From Acutalibacteraceae bacterium (GTDB lineage: Bacteria; Bacillota; Clostridia; Oscillospirales; Acutalibacteraceae): a stretch of 64,000 nt of DNA. Positions 35,727 to 45,100 of the stretch are shown in pieces; within the stretch, counting starts at the first letter, position 1; each line of letters starts with the position of its first letter. The stretch spans positions 7,832 to 71,831 of the forward strand of contig JAZLLJ010000030.1 of assembly GCA_045598065.1 (NCBI GenBank), in the 5' to 3' direction. The notes under the pieces are model-generated. The model saw only the letters and a list, made by a program, of their open reading frames with translations, did not search any database and had not been told where the DNA came from. A program made the translations under genes and the position numbers.

Positions 35727-36875
35727 ATGAACAACTCTATCATTACGCTCAAAGACATCGCTGTATCGTTTGACGGTGAACAGGTGCTGAAGGACTTTAA
35801 CCTTAGCATCTCCGATGGCGAATTCGTCACCTTGCTCGGCCCTTCCGGCTGTGGCAAGACGACGACACTTCGTCTTATCGGCGGTTTTATTTCACCAACA
35901 AGCGGCGATGTTTTTTTTGGCGAAAAAAACGTCCGCGACCTGCCGCCGTATAAGCGTGAGGTCAACACCATTTTCCAGCGGTATGCCCTGTTTCCGCACA
36001 TGGACGTCTACGAAAACGTAGCGTTCGGTTTACGCGTGCAAAAAAAGAGCAAAGCCGAAATCGAGGAAACGGTACAGCAGATGTTGTCTCTCGTCAACCT
36101 TAAAGGCTTCGAACACCGCAAGGTGTCTACCCTTTCCGGTGGCCAGCAACAACGTGTTGCCATTGCCCGTGCGCTTGCCAACCGCCCGAAAGTGCTGCTT
36201 TTGGATGAGCCGCTCGCCGCGCTCGACTTAAAACTGCGTAAAGATATGCAAAACGAGCTGAAAAGTATGCAAAAGCAGCTCGGTATTACGTTTGTTTACG
36301 TTACCCACGACCAGGAAGAGGCTCTCTCGATGTCCGACACCGTCGTCGTGATGGACGGCGGCAAAATTCAACAAATCGGCACGCCGCTCGATATTTATAA
36401 CGAGCCGATTAACGCCTTTGTCGCGGATTTTATCGGCGAAAGCAATATTTTGGACGGCGTGATGAAACGCGACTTTTTGGTGGAGTTCTTCGGCCGCACG
36501 TTTGAATGTCTCGACAGCGGTTTTGCCGAAAACGAACCGGTGGACGTGGTTATCCGCCCGGAGGATATCGATATTGTGGAACCGATTAAAGGCCACCTGA
36601 TGGGTACGGTGACGTCCGTAACGTTCAAAGGCGTCCACTACGAAACCATCGTGGACTTCAAGGGTTTCAAATGGCTCATTCAAACCACCGATTACTATGC
36701 TCCCGGCACCGTCATCGGCATCGTCTTAAACCCCGAAGACATCCACATTATGAAAAAATCCGAATACTCCGGCATGTTCGGCGATTACAGTTCCTATTCC
36801 GAGGAATTTGACGAAATGGCCGATCCGGAAATCGACCTCGTTGAAGAAACCAAGGAGGCCGAAAGCTATGAATAA
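35727..36875 (+). CDS. potA: spermidine/putrescine ABC transporter ATP-binding protein
   Basis: Walker [10 protein letters not shown], signature [15 protein letters not shown], Walker B LLLDEPL, and a PotA-type C-terminal regulatory domain. The start at 35727 fits RBS GGGGGA. Confidence 0.9.
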   Translation: MNNSIITLKDIAVSFDGEQVLKDFNLSISDGEFVTLLGPSGCGKTTTLRLIGGFISPTSGDVFFGEKNVRDLPPYKREVNTIFQRYALFPHMDVYENVAFGLRVQKKSKAEIEETVQQMLSLVNLKGFEHRKVSTLSGGQQQRVAIARALANRPKVLLLDEPLAALDLKLRKDMQNELKSMQKQLGITFVYVTHDQEEALSMSDTVVVMDGGKIQQIGTPLDIYNEPINAFVADFIGESNILDGVMKRDFLVEFFGRTFECLDSGFAENEPVDVVIRPEDIDIVEPIKGHLMGTVTSVTFKGVHYETIVDFKGFKWLIQTTDYYAPGTVIGIVLNPEDIHIMKKSEYSGMFGDYSSYSEEFDEMADPEIDLVEETKEAESYE

Positions 36876-37686
36876 AAAACGTCTGGCGGCTCCCTTCGGG
36901 CTGTGGATGTTTTTATTCACGGTCGTTCCCCTCGGTATGGTGCTTTGGTTTGCGCTGACCGACCAAAGCGGCACATTCACTTTTTCGAATTTGCCGAAAA
37001 TCACCGTCTATTCCAAAAGTTTTTGGTACTCTCTTTACGTAGGGGCCGTGTCCACCGCGGTATGTCTGGTGCTTGCCTATCCCTTGGCTTTTTCCATCTC
37101 GCGCCGCAGCGAACGCGCCCAGCGCATCCTCGTTATGCTCGTGATGCTTCCTATGTGGATGAACTCCGTTTTGCGCATTACGGCGCTGAAAAACATCTTG
37201 ATGAACAACGGTATCCTCAACGCACTTCTCTCGGCACTTCACCTGCCGGAACAGCATCTAATGTATTCCACCGGCGCCATCATTCTCGGCACAGTGTTCG
37301 ACTTCTTGCCTTTTATGGTACTGCCGCTCTACTCCGTTATGACCAAAATCGACAACAAAGTATTGGAAGCGGCTCAAGACCTCGGCGCCAACGGATTCCA
37401 GGTGTTTTGGCGTGTCGTTCTCCCCTTGTCCGTTCCCGGCATTACCGCCGGCATCACAATGGTGTTTGTGCCGTCGGTCAGTTCCTTTGTTGTGTCGGTT
37501 CTCTTGGGCGGTCAAGACAATATGATGATCGGTCAATGGATTGAAAAACTGTATACCGGCACCTCCCCTGATTTCAACGTCGGCGCGGTGCTGTCCCTTG
37601 TGCTGATGGTGCTGATGCTCCTTTGCATGGCGGTCATGAACGTCTTCGATAAAGACGATGACGAGATGGAGGGGATGATTGCATGA
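36868..37686 (+). CDS. potB: spermidine/putrescine ABC transporter permease
   Basis: Six-helix ABC permease with an EAAQDLGA loop. The start overlaps the potA stop (ATGAATAA). Confidence 0.88.
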   Translation: MNKKRLAAPFGLWMFLFTVVPLGMVLWFALTDQSGTFTFSNLPKITVYSKSFWYSLYVGAVSTAVCLVLAYPLAFSISRRSERAQRILVMLVMLPMWMNSVLRITALKNILMNNGILNALLSALHLPEQHLMYSTGAIILGTVFDFLPFMVLPLYSVMTKIDNKVLEAAQDLGANGFQVFWRVVLPLSVPGITAGITMVFVPSVSSFVVSVLLGGQDNMMIGQWIEKLYTGTSPDFNVGAVLSLVLMVLMLLCMAVMNVFDKDDDEMEGMIA

Positions 37687-38489
37687 AAACACTCTCCAAA
37701 ATCTACAATTTCCTCATTTTCGCGTTCTTGTACGCTCCTGTATTGGTGCTGATTGTCTTTTCGTTTAACGACGCAAGAAGCCAATCAAAATGGACCGGTT
37801 TTTCGTTTCACTGGTATCAAGACCTTTTCACAGACAGCGAGATTATGGAATCGCTGAAAATCACGTTGGAAATTGCCTCTCTTGCCGCCATTATTTCCAC
37901 CGTCATCGGCGTGCTGTCAGCGCTCGGCATCTTTGCGATGAACGGCAAACTCCGCAAAACGTTTTTGGCGGTCAACAACATCCCGATGGTCAACCCCGAA
38001 ATCGTGACCGGCATCTCGCTGATGCTGCTCTTTGTGTTCATTTACCGCGCCATCGGGATCCTACAACCGGGTTTTGTCACGTTGCTGATCGCCCACGTCA
38101 CCTTCTGTATCCCCTACGTCATCCTGCAGGTGATGCCGAAACTGCGGCAGCTGGACCCTCACCTTTACGAAGCGGCGGTCGATCTCGGCTGCCCGCCCAC
38201 CAAAGCCTTTTTGAAAGTGGTACTTCCGGAAATCACCTCCGGCGTACTCACCGGCGCGCTGATGGCGTTCACCATGTCGCTCGACGATTTCGTCATCAGT
38301 TATTTCAACTCCGGCTCGACGGCGCAAACGCTGTCGGTGTATATCTACAACATCACCAGAAAAAAAGTTCCGAACAGCATCAACGCACTGTCCACCTTGA
38401 TGTTCGGCGCCATTTTGCTGTTGCTCGTTCTTATCAACATCCGCCAAGTGCGGGATATTGACAAAAAACAAAAGGGGGTTTCCAAATGA
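37683..38489 (+). CDS. potC: spermidine/putrescine ABC transporter permease
   Basis: ABC permease with a YEAAVDLGC loop. 4-nt overlap with potB. Confidence 0.88.
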   Translation: MKTLSKIYNFLIFAFLYAPVLVLIVFSFNDARSQSKWTGFSFHWYQDLFTDSEIMESLKITLEIASLAAIISTVIGVLSALGIFAMNGKLRKTFLAVNNIPMVNPEIVTGISLMLLFVFIYRAIGILQPGFVTLLIAHVTFCIPYVILQVMPKLRQLDPHLYEAAVDLGCPPTKAFLKVVLPEITSGVLTGALMAFTMSLDDFVISYFNSGSTAQTLSVYIYNITRKKVPNSINALSTLMFGAILLLLVLINIRQVRDIDKKQKGVSK

Positions 38490-39547
38490 AAAAATTTATC
38501 GCGCTCGTTCTCTGCTTGGTTCTGATTGTTCCTTTTGCCGGTTGCAACAACGGCAAGAACACCGTCACCATCAACGTTTATAACTGGGGCGAATACATCG
38601 ACGACGAAGTGATGGACGTCAACGCAGAATTTACCAGACGTACCGGCATCAAAATCAATTACAAGACCTTTGAAAACAACGAAAGAATGTATGCTCTGCT
38701 CAGTAAAGGCGGTGCCGATTATGACGTCGTGTGCCCGTCCGATTATATGATGGGAAAAATGATTGACGAAGGAATGATGAAAAAACTCAACTTCGACAAT
38801 ATCCCGAACTACAAGTACATCGGCGACGAGTACAAAAACCTCGCCTATGATCCCCAAAACGAATACTCCGTTCCCTATACGTGGGGCACGGTGGGCATTT
38901 TCTATAACTCCAAATACGTGTCGGAAGAAGACGTGAAACAAAACTGGGACGTCCTTTGGAACGAGAAATACAAAGGAAAAATCTTAATGTTCGAGAGCCA
39001 GCGCGATGCGTTCGCTATCGCGCTGCAAAAACTCGGATATTCCCTCAACACCACAAACGAAAGCGAGTGGAACGAGGCGTATGACCTGTTGGAAGAACAA
39101 AAGCCGTTGGTGTTGCAATATGTTAACGACCAAGTGTACGACCTTATGATTAACGAAGAAGCGTGGATTGCGCCGTATTATGCCGGCGACGCCAACATTA
39201 TGATTTACGACGAAGCCGGTAACGAGGACATTAAGTTCTACATCCCCGAATCCGGCACCAACTTCTTTGTGGATTGCTGGGGCGTTCTTGAAAACAGCAA
39301 ACATCCGGACGAAGCGGAGCAATATATCAACTTCCTCTGCGAAACCGAAGTCGCCAAAGCCAACGCGGAATACATCGGCTACTCTACACCGCACGTCGAG
39401 GCGCGCAAAATCCTTGATCCGGAAGTGGGCGAAAACCCCTATTTCTATCCGCCGGAAAGCATTATGAAAAACACCGAGATGTTCCTGCCGCTGGACGATA
39501 AAATCAACAAACTGCAAGATGATTTGTGGGTGAAACTGCGCCAGTAA
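38486..39547 (+). CDS. potD: spermidine/putrescine-binding lipoprotein
   Basis: Lipobox PFAGC and the PotD/PotF-family layout (VYNWGEYID..., PSDYM, YTWGT). Confidence 0.88.
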   Translation: MKKFIALVLCLVLIVPFAGCNNGKNTVTINVYNWGEYIDDEVMDVNAEFTRRTGIKINYKTFENNERMYALLSKGGADYDVVCPSDYMMGKMIDEGMMKKLNFDNIPNYKYIGDEYKNLAYDPQNEYSVPYTWGTVGIFYNSKYVSEEDVKQNWDVLWNEKYKGKILMFESQRDAFAIALQKLGYSLNTTNESEWNEAYDLLEEQKPLVLQYVNDQVYDLMINEEAWIAPYYAGDANIMIYDEAGNEDIKFYIPESGTNFFVDCWGVLENSKHPDEAEQYINFLCETEVAKANAEYIGYSTPHVEARKILDPEVGENPYFYPPESIMKNTEMFLPLDDKINKLQDDLWVKLRQ

Positions 39548-39577
39548 TTACAACGTCGTCGAAAAGGAGAAACCGCT

Positions 39578-40453
39578 ATGTTAACAACGCTTAAAAACGA
39601 AACGACCACCGTTACCATTTCCTCGCTCGGTGCCGAGATGCAATCCTTTGTGTCCGGCGGCATTGACTATCTGTGGAACGGCGATCCTGCCTACTGGTCC
39701 GGCCGTGCGCCGCACCTGTTCCCCATTGTCGGCGGCCTCAGAAACGGCAAAGCCACCTCCTCCGGCGGTGACGTCACCTGCGCAAAACACGGTTTTGTGC
39801 GCAAAAGTGAGCTTGCCTTGGTGGAGGCGGACGACGAAAACGCCACCTATGCGCTGTACGCCAACGACGAAACGCGCGCGGTGTATCCGTATGACTTCGC
39901 GTTTTTCGTGAAATACCAACTGTCCGGCGTGTCGCTCAAAGTCACTTATGAAGTCCACAACACCGGCGACAAACCCCTGCCGTTTTGCATCGGCGGCCAT
40001 CCGGGCTTCCGCGTGCCGCTGACGGCGGACGACTGCTTCGAGGATTATTGCATCGAACTGGAGCAAAAAGAAACCCTCGACTGCCCGCAGGTGGATATGT
40101 CCGCCGCGCTCATCAACGACCGCATCCGCAACCGCGTGCTGACCGACAACAACAAACTCACCTTAAACCACGTGATGTTCCGCGGAGATGCGCTCATTTT
40201 CGACCGTCTTCAATCCCGTGTTATCCGCCTCTATTCCCAAAAAACCGGCCACGGCGTGGATATGAACTTCGAGAGCTTCCCCTTTGTCGCCGTATGGACG
40301 CCGGTGGAAGACAGCCCGTTCGTTTGCTTGGAGCCGTGGAACGGTATGGCAACCTGCGTGTCGGAGGACGACGTGTTCGAGCATAAAATCGGCGCGGAAA
40401 TCCTGCCTGCCGGTGAAAAGAGCGTCTATAACTTCACGCTCACCGTGTATTAA
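39578..40453 (+). CDS. aldose 1-epimerase family protein (LacX-like)
   Basis: 291 aa. WNGDPAYWSGRAPHLFPIVG and GGHPGF motifs typical of the LacX/YihR-type mutarotase fold. Confidence 0.8.
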   Translation: MLTTLKNETTTVTISSLGAEMQSFVSGGIDYLWNGDPAYWSGRAPHLFPIVGGLRNGKATSSGGDVTCAKHGFVRKSELALVEADDENATYALYANDETRAVYPYDFAFFVKYQLSGVSLKVTYEVHNTGDKPLPFCIGGHPGFRVPLTADDCFEDYCIELEQKETLDCPQVDMSAALINDRIRNRVLTDNNKLTLNHVMFRGDALIFDRLQSRVIRLYSQKTGHGVDMNFESFPFVAVWTPVEDSPFVCLEPWNGMATCVSEDDVFEHKIGAEILPAGEKSVYNFTLTVY

Positions 40454-40520
40454 ACGAAAAACGCCGTTTTTCGGGCTTTCTTCGAAAGAGACTCTTTCCC
40501 GCAAAATGAAAATAAACGCA

Positions 40521-40557
40521 AAAAACCGCCCGTATTCTTGCGAATACGGGCGGTTTT
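40521..40557. terminator. bidirectional terminator between the convergent epimerase gene and the T4SS-like operon
   Basis: AAAAACCGCCCGTATTC-ttgc-GAATACGGGCGGTTTT. Confidence 0.85.
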
Positions 40558-40561
40558 CATT

Positions 40562-41332
40562 TTATTCTTCGGTCTCGTCAATTTCCGGCGTTTCCTCGTC
40601 AGGTTCTTCATCAAGAGCGGCTTGCAGTTTCTCCAATTTAGCTTTCATCTTCTGTTTTTTCCGCTCTTTCTTTTCGGCGGCGGCGCGTTCTTTCATTTCC
40701 GCCTTGTACGCTTTTTTCTCCTCTTTGGTCATTGTTTTCTCGATGACTTTTTTGTCCTCGTCGGTCGCATCCTTCTTGGCTTTCTTAATCTTCACCACAT
40801 CCAGGCGTTCCAACTCGTAAGGAATATTCCGACTCCACTTCCAAAACGCGTGAGCAGCGTTAAGGCGCGCAATCAGCGTACGAGCGGTCACTACCGTCAT
40901 CTCCACGGCCTCCTCTTCCTTGTCGAGAGAAAGAAGAAGTACCGAGGGGTTATAGAGGACCGGGGCGTAAAAGGTGGCAATTTGGTCGGGATCAGCATCC
41001 AGAAGCACACGCCGTCCGAGGTTTTGCAAAGATTTGTCGCCCTCTTCAAGCAATTTGCGCGCCCGTTGTTTTTTTCGGGTATCGCCGGTTTTACGGTTCT
41101 TTTTCTTTTCCTCTTTAGAGAGCACGTCCGACGACGACTCCTCTTCCGAGAAACGATAGCGGCGCTTGATCGCCGTAACACCAAATACACGAGCAAAACC
41201 CGTCCCGTTAAACGTGCCAAGCATCCGCATTTTCACCGATTCCCGAGCGGCCACGATGCAAGTATCGTAGTATGCGATATATCCCAACAGAATGCGGCGT
41301 ATTTCTTTTTTTACATCATTGATGTCGCTCAT
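40562..41332 (-). CDS. hypothetical cytoplasmic protein (256 aa) with a Lys/Glu-rich tail; last gene of the T4SS-like operon
   Basis: Long ORF with no TM segment. Contains basic and acidic low-complexity stretches (KKKNRKTGDTRKKQRARK; C-terminal KERAAAEKKERKKQKMKAKLEKL...EEPDEETPEIDETEE). No family recognised. Confidence 0.6.
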   Translation of the reverse strand: MSDINDVKKEIRRILLGYIAYYDTCIVAARESVKMRMLGTFNGTGFARVFGVTAIKRRYRFSEEESSSDVLSKEEKKKNRKTGDTRKKQRARKLLEEGDKSLQNLGRRVLLDADPDQIATFYAPVLYNPSVLLLSLDKEEEAVEMTVVTARTLIARLNAAHAFWKWSRNIPYELERLDVVKIKKAKKDATDEDKKVIEKTMTKEEKKAYKAEMKERAAAEKKERKKQKMKAKLEKLQAALDEEPDEETPEIDETEE

Positions 41333-41371
41333 AACGGCTCTCTCTTTTCTAAAAGTTCGCGAATATACTGA

Positions 41372-42142
41372 TTATTCCGCTTCGGTCGAAACCGGCGCAA
41401 GAGTTACCCACTCGTGCGAGAGGATTGAAAATCCGCCATCGTCGTTGTGCTGCAATTCCACTTTCAAGGTATCGTTGTTTTTCGCGTCGCGAATATAAAT
41501 CAGACAGTTTTCCGTGCCGGAGCAAGCGAACGAATATCCGACAAGCGACACGCCGTTACCGACTTCTTCGCCCATATCCATTTTCTCATACTTCACTTCA
41601 CCGCGCATCGGGAAAAATTCCCATTCGGCATCTTCTTTTCCGGCAACGGTGACCGCAAAGCTACCGTCTGCCAGTTGTTTTACGGTATAGGAATCACTCT
41701 CAATGTCATCAGCCATTTCTTTGTGGCTCAAAGCCTTGTACGTGACCTTTTGCCCTTGCGCCGTTGCCGTCATGAAAATCTGACTGCGAACATCCGTGCG
41801 AGAGAAAACGTCTCGCAAAGAGAACGTCAAGCAAGACTCGCCGGACATCAACGGCTTAATAAGGAACGTAGTTCCTTCTTCATTGGTGCTTTCAAGAACG
41901 GTGGACAGCGTGTTTCGCTCGTAGTCCGTGACAACCCACTCGTATCCTTCGAGAGAGCCTTTGATAAACAGTTTAATGTTGTCACCGTCTTGCGTCACGG
42001 TACACGGATATTTCGCGCTGCTGTCGTCCGCGTTCAGCGGAACAATCGCAGGCTTTTTGGGCGTGCAAAGCCACAGAATCAAGAGCGCCACCGCCAAAGC
42101 GACCACGATACCCAAAACAATCCATATCACTTTCTTTTTCAC
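41372..42142 (-). CDS. hypothetical N-terminally membrane-anchored extracytoplasmic protein (256 aa)
   Basis: One N-terminal TM helix (IWIVLGIVVALAVALLILWLC) followed by a ~225-aa beta-rich domain. No family recognised. Confidence 0.6.
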   Translation of the reverse strand: MKKKVIWIVLGIVVALAVALLILWLCTPKKPAIVPLNADDSSAKYPCTVTQDGDNIKLFIKGSLEGYEWVVTDYERNTLSTVLESTNEEGTTFLIKPLMSGESCLTFSLRDVFSRTDVRSQIFMTATAQGQKVTYKALSHKEMADDIESDSYTVKQLADGSFAVTVAGKEDAEWEFFPMRGEVKYEKMDMGEEVGNGVSLVGYSFACSGTENCLIYIRDAKNNDTLKVELQHNDDGGFSILSHEWVTLAPVSTEAE

Positions 42143-42172
42143 AACGATGTCCCCCTTGATACGTGGTAAAAC

Positions 42173-45100
42173 TTATTCGGTCACAGAAGTTGTTGTCGGT
42201 TCGGTAACTTCCGTTTCCGAACCGGAGGCGACGGTTTCCGTCGTCTCCGGCGAAGTCTCTTCGGTAGGTGTCGGCTCGGTAGATGCTGTCGTCGGCTCAG
42301 TGGTCGTGAGCATCGTGTTTTCCGCCTCAACGCTGATTTCCACTACCGCCTGAACAGCCGGGTTTTCATCCGACGTGATAATCACACGGTACACTTCGAT
42401 TCCACCGGTCGTGTTCCGCGGCGAATCAAACACAATCTGACTGCCGTTTTTCGTGAAGCAATCCACTTCGGAAACCGCGTCGCCGACCGCTTTGACCGCC
42501 GACACCGTGTACCCGTATCCGGCAAGCGAACCGTTCACTGTCGGTTTAATCGTCACCTGATCGCCGGAGTACACGAGCACCGCGCTCTTCCCTTGGGAAT
42601 CGCTGTTGATGGTGCTGGATTTTTCAACTTTGCTGTTATAGAAACTGGTCTTCGTCGAAATCGAAATGTTGCACAGGTTAATCGTGCGCGGATCACCCTC
42701 ACGGATAATCGGATCGGACAATTTACGCTCAGCCAACTGCTCTTTGCCGTCAACAATCGTCCGCACTTTGAGATTTTCTATACCCCACGCCGCCTGGCTG
42801 TACGGCTCCTTGGAGTGCGGTTCAATAACGACATACCGAATCTCACTGCAATTCTTCATCAGGAAACTAAACGTTGCCGTTTTGCCGGCTTCCAGTTTCC
42901 CGTCGGTCATATAGGCACGCACGTCGTCGATGGCCATCGTACGGGTTTGGCGACCATCCTGGCTGACATAACCAATCGTCATGCGAATGGGATCCGCCGT
43001 AGACGAACTTACAACATCTGTGCTTTCCGCGGTAGTAACGGTAATTTCCACGGGCGCAACGTTGACATCCGTCACACTCATCAGTACCGGAGTAGCTGTA
43101 AGTTTGGCCGCTGCCGCGAAGTTATACCATTTGGTCGGCGTGCTGGTATCACCCTGTATCGGATAGCAACCCACCGTCATTCCGTCCACCGAAGCATTGA
43201 CGCTGCCGGTGCCGGCGACGGTAATGCCGGTAATCTCTTTCAGGTTGGGGATAGCAAAAGGAACCTGAACGAGCAATCCCGGTTTCACAGCCGCATACTT
43301 CATAATTTCCTGTCCATCAGCATCCTTTGTCTTCACATCCGTCAGGAAAACGTACGGCGAACTGTATTCTTTCCCCAGAGGATCGCCTTTCAGCGTATAG
43401 CGAATCGAAATAGCCACATCGGATGCCTCGGCAACCAAGCCGGAGGCAACCGTGTCCTTACCAAACAGCATCGTAACGATCTGCTGTTCAGTGGATATGG
43501 AATGCTTGCTCGAGGGGAATTGCTCACCGGTACTGCTGAATACGTTGATGGGATTTCCAGTACCCGGCGTATGATAATCCATATAGTAATATCCGATAAC
43601 CACACCGGAACGTACGTGCTGAACAATCATATGGTCCACCAAAGCGCTGACCTTATCCAAACTGGGCACGACGAGGTTCGTCTTGTTCAGCGTGGTAAAG
43701 CCGTACGCCGTGATGCCGGTAGCATAGAACACTCTGTCGGTAGTATCGTAGTTAAGACCGTTGACCGTCATTCGCATCGGGCCGTCGTGATCGGAAGATT
43801 CATACGTCAACTCCGCTCTGAGGTCATAGACCTTGGTGGTCTGCCCGTTCGATACTTTCACCGGTGACTGAGCGTTTTCCGCCATATAGACGTACACGTT
43901 CAGTGAATCGTTTCTATTTTCCGGTTTACGGGTGATCGTAGAGGACCAACCCTCTTCCGATTCCTTCGTTACAATAGTGTTGTCCTCAAAAGTGATTACC
44001 TGGTTACCCTCATCTTGGTTCGGAGGAAGAATGACGGCATAAGTATTTTGATCGCTCTTGGTAATCAATTTCATCTGATTATCGGTGTGACGTTGGAACT
44101 CATCCACGCAGTTTAGACGAAGCGTGCCGTTCTCCAACAACTGCCACACTTTCACTTCCTTGATGTTCCACGTTGTACCGTACACGTCGCGTGCAAAGAG
44201 TTCTATTTTCTTAATAGAAGTCACATCCGTCAGACTGATAAAGAAACGGTCGGTATGTCCCTCGCGGAACATATATTCGCGGTTGCTGACAGCGCAGACC
44301 ACTTCTCCGCCGCTCTCGCCGGTCATTTTGCCGAGTGACTTACCTTCACGTGTCTCGTAGCGAGGTTGCTGACCGTTGTACTCGTACATCTTCTGGACAA
44401 CGTCAAAGTTCTTCTTTTGTTCTCCGTCTTTATTGATGTAGGTAACCGTCGCCGTCACTGTTCCTTCAAACTGACTATCGAAAGCCTCACCCGAATACGT
44501 ATCCTCGGCGGCCACATTATACGGATCCGTCGTAATGGAGACCATCAAGTTGGAACTGACGCCCTTTCCGGAGACCGTAAACTCACGCACCAAGTCGCTG
44601 GCGTTACGGCCTTGAAGACCGGACGCCGTGTTTTTCGGCGCATCGTCGCGGTAGTCAATCTTAATCCATCCGACGTTGTCGAAGAACCACGAAGTCGAAG
44701 CCACCGCCGAACTTTTCTTCGTCACGGTGATACTCTTGATATTCAATTTATCGAAAATGTCGGTGCTCTCGTTGGTATCCGAATCGTCCGGCAAAATGCG
44801 AATCGCCGTCAAGTCGCCGAGGTCTTGGTTCGTATAAATGGTAAACGATTCTTTCTCACCGGCACGGAAACCGTCTGCCGTCAACTGTTGGTTTGCGAGA
44901 ACGTACCCACTGTTGCCGCCTTGGAACGTCAACTGGAAGTAGAACAAGTTTTTCGAGCCGGTGTCACCGTCTTTTTCGTTTGCGGAATCGTTGCCTGCCA
45001 CCTGGACTTCCACCTCATAGGTTCCACGAACACGGTTGAAGCCCAGATCCTGCATCGACTCCTTGTAGGTCATAGAATGCTTCAGTTTGTTCCAGTCGAG

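Noticed and set aside
35417-35773. 118-aa ORF overlapping the potA promoter, leader and potA start
   Set aside because: It starts upstream of the predicted -10 element, has no RBS, and runs in another frame into potA.
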